Shown one piece after another: positions 37,759 to 46,945 of a stretch of DNA of 64,000 nucleotides (position 1 is the stretch's first letter; every line of letters starts with the position of its first letter). The translations under genes were made by a program, and so were the position numbers. This DNA is from an uncultured Prolixibacteraceae bacterium (lineage in GTDB: Bacteria; Bacteroidota; Bacteroidia; Bacteroidales; Prolixibacteraceae): positions 43,445-107,444 of the forward strand of contig CAVYUC010000017.1 in NCBI GenBank assembly GCA_963771595.1, in the 5' to 3' direction. The notes under the pieces are model-generated. The model did not search any database. It worked only from the letters and a program-made list of their open reading frames with translations, and was not told where the DNA came from.

Positions 37759-38512
37759 AATTAAAAGAAGTTGAAAGAAGTTCAGTAATTGCTTTATGGG
37801 ATGCTTTAATTTGCCAGATATGCGAATTGCTTTGCATAATACATTTGTCCAAAGTTTTGTCAATACTCCTGATGTAATCCTGATTAATTAAAACTGAGCG
37901 GCCAAGCCTGTAAAAATTCTGGTTTGCAACCATTTCCTCAATTTGCGACAGAGAGCCGCTGGCAACTTCTTCTTTGCCGCTTGTAAGATACAAAACAGTG
38001 TAACCATCTTCAGTCTGGCAAAAAACTATTTCGTTGGAATTGATAAGTATGTAGCTGTGCCTGGAATTGATCCTGATTTTGGTTTCTTCTTTTAATTTAT
38101 CAAGCATTTCCTCAAGCCGGCGCGGCCAATCCCGATCATTCTTTCGCCGGTACTTTTCAACAATATCCATTAATTCGGCACGGCCTACAGGTTTTAACAA
38201 GTAATCGTACACTCCGTTTCTGATAGCCTGAACTGCATATTCCTTAAATGCTGAAACAAATACAACCGGCACGTCCACATTCCGTTTTTTAATTAAATGA
38301 ATAAGTTCCATACCCGTTTTACCGGGCATATTTATATCCATGAAAACAAGGTCGGGATAGTATTCAACCATGAAATATAATGCTTCTTCGGCCTGACTGG
38401 CTTCGCCAACAACCTCAACATTTGGAATTTCGCTTAACAATGATTTCAGCAACAAACGCGCAATTGCTTCATCATCAACAATTAAAATTTTAAATTTTTT
38501 ATTATCATCCAT
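37751..38512 (-). CDS. LytTR-family response regulator (canonical receiver)
   Basis: Receiver residues are ILIVDDE, the phospho-acceptor in DLVFMDINMPG, VFVSAF and LLKP. The C-terminal LytTR domain reads FYRLGRSVLINQDYI. Confidence 0.85.
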   Translation of the reverse strand: MDDNKKFKILIVDDEAIARLLLKSLLSEIPNVEVVGEASQAEEALYFMVEYYPDLVFMDINMPGKTGMELIHLIKKRNVDVPVVFVSAFKEYAVQAIRNGVYDYLLKPVGRAELMDIVEKYRRKNDRDWPRRLEEMLDKLKEETKIRINSRHSYILINSNEIVFCQTEDGYTVLYLTSGKEEVASGSLSQIEEMVANQNFYRLGRSVLINQDYIRSIDKTLDKCIMQSNSHIWQIKASHKAITELLSTSFNYA

Positions 38513-38878
38513 TTTAAATACTTACTAATAAAAGTATATTAAAATGTCCCTCCATTTTTTTATAATAAGTCCCTTTTTCAAAAATAAACAAAATACAACC
38601 AAATTTCAAGTATTATGTTGAGCTATAATTAATTTCAAATATTAACAGCGGAATTTAAAACAATACGAAATGTTCTTTGTTAATTACAATTCTTTAAATT
38701 TAGACGGTTATTTTTAAAAACAGGTTTTTGCTGAACTCCTGTTATTTACCAAACAGGATTGGCAAAAAATAGCTTGTACAATGTTTTTTTTAATTATATT
38801 TAGAAACCTTTAGAGACAATTTTTGTTAACTTTTTTGTTGTAATAAATAGCCAGAGGTTATAAACTAAACTGAACAGA

Positions 38879-40210
38879 ATGAGAGAATTTTTCTTAGTGA
38901 AAACTGATGTTAAACTCGTTAATGTTTTTATTTTTCTTTCTGTATTAATACTTTGTCTGACATTATCCAATTCTGCTTTTCCCCAGGAAGACAGTTCTGC
39001 AACTACACAAAATGACAGTGCAGCTGTTATTGCTGAAAATGATACAGCAGGTTTGACCAGTGCCGCCGATACTTCTGTAAGTGATAGTGCAGCAGGTAAC
39101 CAGGCTTTGGAAAGTGACAGTGCAGTTGCCGGAGAAAACGAAACGCTGGCTGCCGAAGAACATGGTGAAGCAGGCGCCGGAGGCCATTTAATTGACGAAG
39201 TTAAACGCGGAAAACGTTTCTTCCTCGGAATCCTGCCATTCGACAGGCAATATCCTGCCTGCGTTTCCTGCCATAATATAAAACCAGTGGATACGTTAAA
39301 CTGGAATCCTTCGGCAATTGATCTGGCAATGAAATATGCGGGTAAAGACTTTGCCTCATTTCAGCAATCCGTTCTGCAGCCATCAGGAGTGAAAATAGAA
39401 GCCGCCCATCAAAATATTACCATCAAGGAAGAAGATTTGCGTTCAGTAAAATCCTACCTCGACAATCTCGCGGTGGAAGGGCCGGCGGTTCCAAAACCCA
39501 ATGTTAACAACCTTTTGCTGTTCCTGTTTTTAGGACTGCTAATTACCTGGGCAATTCTGGAACTTCTGTTTTTCAAAAAAATAAAGTACAAAATAATTCC
39601 ACTGGTAGTTTTATTAATTGCTTTTGGTTTGCAGGCACAAATGCTCGTAACCGATGCCATTAAACTGGGCCGCCAGGAAAATTACGCCCCCGATCAGCCG
39701 GTGAAATTTTCGCACCGTATTCATGCCGGCGAAAACGGCATTGAGTGTATGTATTGCCACACCACGGCAGAAAGAAGCAAATCAGCAGGCATTCCGGCAA
39801 CGGCTCTCTGTATGAATTGCCACATCATCATCCGCGAAGGCACAAACAGCGGCAAGTTCGAAATTTCGAAAGTGGTAAATGCAGTTGAAAATGGCGAATC
39901 CATTGAATGGACAAGAATTCACAACCTGCCCGATCATGTGTTTTTCAGCCATTCGGTGCATGTTGGATCGGCAAAACTGGATTGCAAAAAATGCCATGGT
40001 CCGGTTCAGGAAATGGATATCATGCGGCAGTACAGCGACCTTTCAATGGGTTGGTGTGTAAACTGCCACCGCGAAACAAATGTTAATTTCCGCGACAACG
40101 ATTATTATGACGATTATATAAAACTCCACGAAGATTTAAAAGCCGGAAGAATTGATTCGGTTAAAGCAGTAGATATTGGAGCAAATGATTGTATGCGTTG
40201 CCATTATTAG
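38879..40210 (+). CDS. actA: Alternative complex III subunit ActA (multihaem cytochrome c)
   Basis: It has six CXXCH motifs (CVSCH, CMYCH, CMNCH, CKKCH, CVNCH, CMRCH), a central TM segment, and an N-terminal low-complexity S/A/D-rich region. Confidence 0.85.
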   Translation: MREFFLVKTDVKLVNVFIFLSVLILCLTLSNSAFPQEDSSATTQNDSAAVIAENDTAGLTSAADTSVSDSAAGNQALESDSAVAGENETLAAEEHGEAGAGGHLIDEVKRGKRFFLGILPFDRQYPACVSCHNIKPVDTLNWNPSAIDLAMKYAGKDFASFQQSVLQPSGVKIEAAHQNITIKEEDLRSVKSYLDNLAVEGPAVPKPNVNNLLLFLFLGLLITWAILELLFFKKIKYKIIPLVVLLIAFGLQAQMLVTDAIKLGRQENYAPDQPVKFSHRIHAGENGIECMYCHTTAERSKSAGIPATALCMNCHIIIREGTNSGKFEISKVVNAVENGESIEWTRIHNLPDHVFFSHSVHVGSAKLDCKKCHGPVQEMDIMRQYSDLSMGWCVNCHRETNVNFRDNDYYDDYIKLHEDLKAGRIDSVKAVDIGANDCMRCHY

Positions 40211-40260
40211 ATTCAGAAGTAAAAAATTGTTCAAAATCTGTAAGAAAGTAAACCCAGAAT

Positions 40261-43203
40261 ATGACTGAATATTGGAGAAGTATTGAAGAATTAAAAGATC
40301 CGGCAACTTTCAAAAAGAACGAGTTAAAGCTGGAGCTGGATGCAAAGCGGGCAACTGCGAAAAAACAATCAGGTTCTTCCAGAAGGGATTTCCTGAAAAC
40401 TTTTGGTTTTAGTTTAGCTGCTGCTACAGTTGTGGCAAGTTGCAAAAAGCCAATAGACAAAGCAATTCCGTATCTTGTAAAACCTGAGGAAATAACACCC
40501 GGAGTTGCAAGTTATTACGCCTCAACTTATTTTGATGCCAATGAATATTGCAGCGTTTTGGTCAAAGTACGGGACGGACGCCCCATAAAAATTGAAGGAA
40601 ACGATAACTCTTCCATTTCACAACAGGGAACATCGGCCCGCGTGCAAGCATCGGTTTTGAGCTTGTATGATGATGCACGGTTTAAAACCCCGCTAAAAGA
40701 TAAAAATCCGGCATCGTGGGAAGAAATCGATGTGGAAATCATAGAAAAACTTAACCGGTTAAAACAGGAAAACAGGAAGGTAGTACTTTTAACATCTACC
40801 ATCATTTCTCCTTCAACAAAAAAAATAATTGAACAGTTTTTAACTGAATACCCGAATGTAAATTGGATTCAGTACGACGAAGTTTCGGCAACAGGGATTT
40901 TGCTGGCTAACCAAAAAAGTTTCGGAAAGGCATTTATTCCGGATTACCGGTTTGAAAAGGCAAAGGTAATTGTAAGTTTCGGGGCCGATTTTTTGGGTAC
41001 ATGGCTGTCGCCGGTGGAATACGCAAAAGGCTATTCGGCGGGAAGAAGATTGTATGCGAAAACGGATGAAATGAACCGGCACTACCAGTTTGAATCGGGA
41101 ATGTCGGTAACCGGAACAAATGCCGATATTCGATTCCCCGTTCGTCCGTCAGAAGAAGGCCCGATTTTAGCCACACTTTACAACGAATTGTTAAAAGCCA
41201 AAGGACAACCGACAGTTTCAACCCCTGACAAAACGGTTGATTTAAGTGGCCTTGTTGAAGATTTGCTTGAAAATGAAGGAAAATCCATCGTCATTTCGGG
41301 TAGTAACGACATCAATATTCAATTGATTGTTAATGCCATAAATCAGCTTTTAGGAAATTACGGCTCTACAATTCTTACATCGGTAACATTAAACACTCGC
41401 CAGGGAATCGACAGTGAGTTTGAATCCTTTTTCCAGGAGCTTCAAAAACAACAGATTGCGGGTGTATTTTTCTGGGGAGTAAATCCGGTTTACAGTTACT
41501 ACAAAAATATTGAATTGGCAGAGGCATTAAACAAGCTGGACCTGTCCGTTTCATTTTCCGATCGTATAAATGAAACTTCGGCCGAGTGCAGGTACATTTG
41601 CCCGGAACCACATTACCTGGAATCCTGGAACGATGCCGAACCAAAAACGGGAAAATACAGTCTGGCTCAGCCGGCCATTCAAAAATTATTTGACAGCCGT
41701 CAGGTGCAGGAATCATTGGCCCGCTGGAGCGGAACAGAAAATCCTGATTATTATAAAATTTTAATTGATTACTGGCAGGAAAATCAATTCTCCGGACAAT
41801 CAAAATTCCCGGAATACCGGCTGTTCTGGAACAATACATTGCAAAAAGGAGTTTTCGAAAAAGAATCTTCAGGAGGCGAATCAGCGACTTATTCATCAAT
41901 CGGTTTAAAAGATGCACTGGCAGCCTCAAAACCAATTCCCGGAGAATGGGAAGTTACATTCTACGAAGATGTTTCCATGCTCAACGGCAGTTTTGCCAAC
42001 AATCCGTGGTTACAGGAACTGCCCGATCCGGTGGCAAAAATAAGCTGGGACAATTATGCATCGGTTCCCGTAAAATGGGCCGAAGAAAACGGTTTGCTGA
42101 ATGAAAGTGTAATCACGATAAACGGCGTGGAACTTCCGGTATTTATTCAACCAGGGCAGGCAGCAGGAACAATTTCGGTGGCTTTGGGCTACGGAAGAGT
42201 TATTGCCGGGAAAGTAGGTGAAGGAGTTGGTAAAAATATGTTTGCTCTTTCGCCAATTGTAGATGGGGCAAAAAAATTCCGCCTCGACAATGCACAAATA
42301 GGTTTTACTGAAAAAACCTATCCGCTGGCTTTGTCGCAAACCCATTATTCTATGGAAGGAAGACCCATTGTGCGCGATACCACTTACAATAAATGGCAGA
42401 CTGATCCTTCCGCCGGCAATGAAATCCATGAAGTAAACATGGAACACCACGTTACACTTTATCCCGAACCTGAATTTACCGGTCATCATTGGGGAATGGC
42501 GGTTGACCTGACTTCGTGCATTGGCTGCGGAAACTGTGCCATTGCCTGCCAGTCCGAAAATAATGTTCAGGTGGTTGGAAAAGAACAGGTACGAAACCGG
42601 CGAATTATGCACTGGATACGAATAGACCGCTATTTTTCGAACGATCCGGAAAACCCGGATGTGTTCCATCAGCCGGTGATGTGCCAACACTGTGATAATG
42701 CACCATGCGAAAATGTTTGTCCGGTTTCGGCAACACCACACAGCTCCGAAGGATTGAACCAAATGGCATACAACCGTTGTGTGGGCACAAAATATTGCGT
42801 AAACAACTGCCCGTACAGGGTTCGCCGGTTTAACTGGTTCCAATATGTCGACAATGATGAATTTAATTACAATTCGAACAGTGAACTGGGCAGAATGGTA
42901 TTAAACCCGGATGTTACGGTCCGCTCGCGTGGTGTGGTTGAAAAATGCTCTTTCTGTGTTCAGCGTATCCAGGAGAAGAAAATAAATGCAAAAGTAGATG
43001 GCAGGCCGCTGGAAGATGGAGAAATACAACCGGCCTGTGTACAATCGTGCCCATCCAATGCACTTGTATTTGGAGATTTAAGCGATTCCAACAGTAAAAT
43101 TTCGAAGTTGTTTAAAAATCCGAGAAATTATTACCTGCTGGAACAATTACATACATTACCGTCAGTGGGATATTTAACCCAGGTAAGAAATAAAAAAGCA
43201 TAA
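40261..43203 (+). CDS. actB: Alternative complex III subunit ActB (molybdopterin-oxidoreductase-like + 4Fe-4S ferredoxin fusion)
   Basis: It has the Tat signal SRRDFLKTFG and an MopB-like N-terminal 700 aa. C-terminal Fe-S clusters are CIGCGNCAIAC, CQHCDNAPCENVCP and CVGTKYCVNNCP. Confidence 0.9.
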   Translation: MTEYWRSIEELKDPATFKKNELKLELDAKRATAKKQSGSSRRDFLKTFGFSLAAATVVASCKKPIDKAIPYLVKPEEITPGVASYYASTYFDANEYCSVLVKVRDGRPIKIEGNDNSSISQQGTSARVQASVLSLYDDARFKTPLKDKNPASWEEIDVEIIEKLNRLKQENRKVVLLTSTIISPSTKKIIEQFLTEYPNVNWIQYDEVSATGILLANQKSFGKAFIPDYRFEKAKVIVSFGADFLGTWLSPVEYAKGYSAGRRLYAKTDEMNRHYQFESGMSVTGTNADIRFPVRPSEEGPILATLYNELLKAKGQPTVSTPDKTVDLSGLVEDLLENEGKSIVISGSNDINIQLIVNAINQLLGNYGSTILTSVTLNTRQGIDSEFESFFQELQKQQIAGVFFWGVNPVYSYYKNIELAEALNKLDLSVSFSDRINETSAECRYICPEPHYLESWNDAEPKTGKYSLAQPAIQKLFDSRQVQESLARWSGTENPDYYKILIDYWQENQFSGQSKFPEYRLFWNNTLQKGVFEKESSGGESATYSSIGLKDALAASKPIPGEWEVTFYEDVSMLNGSFANNPWLQELPDPVAKISWDNYASVPVKWAEENGLLNESVITINGVELPVFIQPGQAAGTISVALGYGRVIAGKVGEGVGKNMFALSPIVDGAKKFRLDNAQIGFTEKTYPLALSQTHYSMEGRPIVRDTTYNKWQTDPSAGNEIHEVNMEHHVTLYPEPEFTGHHWGMAVDLTSCIGCGNCAIACQSENNVQVVGKEQVRNRRIMHWIRIDRYFSNDPENPDVFHQPVMCQHCDNAPCENVCPVSATPHSSEGLNQMAYNRCVGTKYCVNNCPYRVRRFNWFQYVDNDEFNYNSNSELGRMVLNPDVTVRSRGVVEKCSFCVQRIQEKKINAKVDGRPLEDGEIQPACVQSCPSNALVFGDLSDSNSKISKLFKNPRNYYLLEQLHTLPSVGYLTQVRNKKA

Positions 43204-43217
43204 CTAAATAAATACCT

Positions 43218-44603
43218 ATGTACAAAACAGAGGTTCGCGGAAAGCTAATTGAAGGGGATAAGAATTTTTCCCAGATGTCACGGGAGATTACCGCCCCCCT
43301 AAATGATAAAACACCCATCTGGTGGTACATTGCATTTGTTATAAGCCTCGGAATGTTCGGCTTTGGATTGTACGCAAAGTACATTACTGTAAGCACCGGA
43401 ATCGGAACCTGGGGTGTTCACAATACCAACGCCTGGGGATGGGCAATTATCAACTTTGTGTGGTGGATTGGAATCGGGCATGCAGGAACGGCATTTTCCA
43501 TCTTTCTGCTGATTCTGCGTCAGAAATGGCGTACCGCCATAAACCGAGCTGCAGAAGCAATGACCGTTGTTGCAGTAATCTGTGCAAGTTTATTCCCACT
43601 TTTACATATGGGACGTCCGTGGTTATTCTTTTATATTTTCCCGTATCCAAACTCCCGCGGTCCGCTGTGGGTGAATTTTAACTCCCCGCTGTTCTGGGAT
43701 TTTGTGGCCATTTCGGCTTACCTGCTGATTTCAGCAAGTTTCTGGTATTTCGGAATGGTACCGGATTTTGCCACCATCCGCGACACCACCAAATCGAAAA
43801 TTAAAAAAGCCGTTTATGGTTTCTTTTCATTCGGATGGACCGGCGCCAGCAAAGAGTGGCTGCGTTACGAAGCATTAAGTTTTGTGCTTGGGGGAATTGC
43901 TGCAGTGCTTGTAGTTTCGGTGCACTCCATTGTGGCTACCGACTTTGCCGTTTCGGTGGAACCAGGCTGGCACACCACAATTTTCCCGCCCTATTTTGTA
44001 GTGGGTGCAATCTTCTCGGGATTTGCAATGGTGCTTACCCTGGTGGTACTAATGCGTGTTTTGTACAAACTAAATGATTTTGTTACCGATTCGCATATCG
44101 ATGCCATCTGCCGTGTGCTCACTTTTGTTTCGTTAATAATGGGAACTGCTTACCTCACCGAAATATTTTTAGCCTGGTACTCCGGTTCGGAATACGAAAT
44201 CTACATGTTTTTCAAGGTTCGTATATTCGGGGAATATGCTTTTCAGTTTTGGGCGATGTTTATTTCCAATGCTGTTATTCCGCAGTTATTTTGGTTTAAA
44301 TCGGTCCGCCGGAACATGTGGATTGTTTTTGCCATTTCCATCATTATAAATATTGGAATGTGGTTCGAACGCTTTAATATTGTAGTTACCTCGCTGAGCC
44401 ACGATTATTTGCCGGCAAACTGGGCCACCTATTCACCCACTTGGGTAGAGGTGGGATTTTTCACCGGTACGCTGGGAATGTTTTTCGCCGGTGTTCTGTT
44501 GTTCTTCCGCTTTATACCGATTATTGCAATTTCTGAAGTTAAAAGTGTGTCGAAATACAATAAACCACGTAAAGATTACATAAGAAATGCAGGCCATGAA
44601 TAA
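43218..44603 (+). CDS. actC: Alternative complex III subunit ActC (NrfD/PsrC-like quinol-interacting membrane subunit)
   Basis: It is ~10 TM and NrfD-like (WGWAIINFVWWIGIGHAGT), located directly after actB. Confidence 0.85.
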   Translation: MYKTEVRGKLIEGDKNFSQMSREITAPLNDKTPIWWYIAFVISLGMFGFGLYAKYITVSTGIGTWGVHNTNAWGWAIINFVWWIGIGHAGTAFSIFLLILRQKWRTAINRAAEAMTVVAVICASLFPLLHMGRPWLFFYIFPYPNSRGPLWVNFNSPLFWDFVAISAYLLISASFWYFGMVPDFATIRDTTKSKIKKAVYGFFSFGWTGASKEWLRYEALSFVLGGIAAVLVVSVHSIVATDFAVSVEPGWHTTIFPPYFVVGAIFSGFAMVLTLVVLMRVLYKLNDFVTDSHIDAICRVLTFVSLIMGTAYLTEIFLAWYSGSEYEIYMFFKVRIFGEYAFQFWAMFISNAVIPQLFWFKSVRRNMWIVFAISIIINIGMWFERFNIVVTSLSHDYLPANWATYSPTWVEVGFFTGTLGMFFAGVLLFFRFIPIIAISEVKSVSKYNKPRKDYIRNAGHE

Positions 44604-45093
44604 GAATTATATTTTAGGTGTTTTTAATGACGAAGACAATCTTGTGGAAGCTTTTGAAAAAGTGAGGGAGCAGGGAATTATGCCTGTGGAAGTGTACACT
44701 CCATACCCGGTGCATGAAATTCTGGAAGGCATGAAAAAAAGATCATTCATCACTCATGCGGCATTCTTCTATGGCATTTTTTCGGCACTTGGAGTTTTGG
44801 GATTTCTGTACTATGCTGCAGTTATCAGCTGGCCCTTAAAATACGGAGGTAAGCCGTTCAACTCTTTTCCCTCTTTTATTGTAGTGACGATTGTAGCTAC
44901 AATTTTAGGGGTGACCTTGCTTACCCTGTTTACCTTTTCGGTGCGTGCAAAAATATTTCCCGGCAAAGTGCCCGAAATAGTGCATCCCCGTGCAACCGAC
45001 GATAAATTTGTAATTGTGCTGGATAAGGATAAACTGGACGGAAAAGAACAAACCATCCGTGGAATCTTTCAAGAACATGGTGAAATTGAATAA
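44587..45093 (+). CDS. actD: Alternative complex III subunit ActD (DUF3341)
   Basis: It is ~165 aa, with YTPYPVHE and two TM helices. It overlaps the actC stop; an alternative start lies at 44596. Confidence 0.8.
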   Translation: MQAMNKNYILGVFNDEDNLVEAFEKVREQGIMPVEVYTPYPVHEILEGMKKRSFITHAAFFYGIFSALGVLGFLYYAAVISWPLKYGGKPFNSFPSFIVVTIVATILGVTLLTLFTFSVRAKIFPGKVPEIVHPRATDDKFVIVLDKDKLDGKEQTIRGIFQEHGEIE

Positions 45094-45103
45094 CAGTTGT
45101 ACT

Positions 45104-45661
45104 ATGAATAAAATAAAATACATTCTTTATTCCGCTTTAATAACGCTTGTTATAACCTCATGCGACTACAACCGGCACACTACAGGTTGGGAATATTTTC
45201 GGGACATGGCACATTCTGCTGCCTACGAAACCTATTCGCCAAATCCGGTATTTAAAGATGGCAAAACCATGCAACCGCCGGTGGAAGGAACCATTCCAAC
45301 TGATTTTATGCCTTATCCGTATGAAAAAACAGACGAAGACCGGGCACTGGCTGCAGCAACACTGGAGAATCCGCTGGAAATTACCGATGCCAATCTGGAG
45401 CGCGGCGAAAGGTTTTACGGCATTTACTGCAAACAATGTCATGGCGCGGAAGGTGACGGAAAAGGGCGGCTGTTTGTCAGTAAAAAATATACGTATCCGC
45501 CTGCCAATCTACTCAGCGAGAAAATGATGACAAACAATGAAGCAGCAATTTACCACGTAATTACCGTTGGGTACGGCGTTATGGGCGAACACGGTTCAAT
45601 GATTCGCCCCGAAGACAGGTGGCGGATTGCAATGTATGTTAAACAGGTTTTGCAACAATAA
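45104..45661 (+). CDS. actE: Alternative complex III subunit ActE (monohaem cytochrome c lipoprotein)
   Basis: It has a lipobox (LVITSCDYN) and a single CKQCHG haem site with a distal Met region. Confidence 0.8.
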   Translation: MNKIKYILYSALITLVITSCDYNRHTTGWEYFRDMAHSAAYETYSPNPVFKDGKTMQPPVEGTIPTDFMPYPYEKTDEDRALAAATLENPLEITDANLERGERFYGIYCKQCHGAEGDGKGRLFVSKKYTYPPANLLSEKMMTNNEAAIYHVITVGYGVMGEHGSMIRPEDRWRIAMYVKQVLQQ

Positions 45662-45694
45662 AAAAAATTGGCGAATTCAAAAAAAAGACCCGTT

Positions 45695-46855
45695 ATGGAG
45701 AATAAATTAGTGATTACCAAAAAGTTCAGAATGATTGCCTACGCATTGATTGCCGTCGGTGTACTTTCATTTCTACTTGGTTTTATTTTCGATGCACAAC
45801 GAACATGGGCCAATTACCTGCTGAATAATTTCTATTTTCTGTCGCTGGCAGTTGGCGCTGCATTTTTTGGCGCCATCCAGTATATCAGCCAGTCCGGGTG
45901 GTCGGCAGCATTTAAACGAATTCACGAATCAATGGCCGCTTATATTCCTTTTGCAGCGGTATTCTTCATCATTCTGTATTTTGGTATGCATTCGCTTTTC
46001 GAATGGTCGCACGAGGAAACAGTAAAAAAAGATTTATTGCTTACCCATAAATCCACCTATTTAAACGAAACGTTCTTCTTCATCCGCATTGTGGTATTTT
46101 TTGCAGTCTGGATATTACTCACAAAAGTGCTTCGGCGGTTTTCGCTGAAAGAAGATGAAGTGGGTGGGTTGCACTATTTTGAGCGGTCGGAATTTTATTC
46201 CAAAGTATTTATTTTTGTTATCGCCGTATCTTTCAGTGTATTTTCCGTTGACATGCTCATGTCGCTCGAACCGCATTGGTTCAGCACACTTTTCGCTGCA
46301 AAAATGTTTATTGCCGCCTTCCTGCACGGTTCTTCCATCATCACACTGATTCTGATTATTCTTTTCAGGATAGGGAAATTTGATTTGCTGAACCGCAGCC
46401 ACCTGCACGATTTTACCCGTTATATGTTCATGACCAGCATTATCTGGGGGTATTTTAATTTTGCCGAATTTATGCTTATCTGGTACGGAAACATTCCGGA
46501 AGAAACAATATATTATGTCGAACGTTGGCAGGGTGCTTTTCGGGTGTTGTTTTACGCCAACATAATACTCAACTGGGCAATCCCGTTTTTCATTCTGATG
46601 CCCCGGAAATCATCGCGAAGCAAAATGTTTATTTTCCCGGTAATTATTCTTTTAATGATTGGGCAGTACACAGAGCTCTATTATATTATCTGGCCGGCAA
46701 TTTTAGGAGAGGCAAAATTTGGATTACTTGAAATTGGAACTTTTGCGGGGTTCATCGGATTGTTTGGATTAGTGGTTGCCAACACACTGGCAAAAGCCAG
46801 CCTGGTGCCTAAAAATCATCCTTATCTCGAAGAAAGTATTTATCACCATTTTTAA
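45695..46855 (+). CDS. actF: Alternative complex III subunit ActF (second polytopic membrane subunit)
   Basis: It is a ~10-TM protein closing the act operon. The ATG at 45695 is preferred over the TTG at 45668. Confidence 0.75.
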   Translation: MENKLVITKKFRMIAYALIAVGVLSFLLGFIFDAQRTWANYLLNNFYFLSLAVGAAFFGAIQYISQSGWSAAFKRIHESMAAYIPFAAVFFIILYFGMHSLFEWSHEETVKKDLLLTHKSTYLNETFFFIRIVVFFAVWILLTKVLRRFSLKEDEVGGLHYFERSEFYSKVFIFVIAVSFSVFSVDMLMSLEPHWFSTLFAAKMFIAAFLHGSSIITLILIILFRIGKFDLLNRSHLHDFTRYMFMTSIIWGYFNFAEFMLIWYGNIPEETIYYVERWQGAFRVLFYANIILNWAIPFFILMPRKSSRSKMFIFPVIILLMIGQYTELYYIIWPAILGEAKFGLLEIGTFAGFIGLFGLVVANTLAKASLVPKNHPYLEESIYHHF

Positions 46856-46945
46856 ATGTATGAATGCTTAAATGTAATGCACGAATGGCTTCATGCAATA
46901 ATGATAAATTCGTGATCATTTGAAATCCGGGGCAAAAAACAGGGC

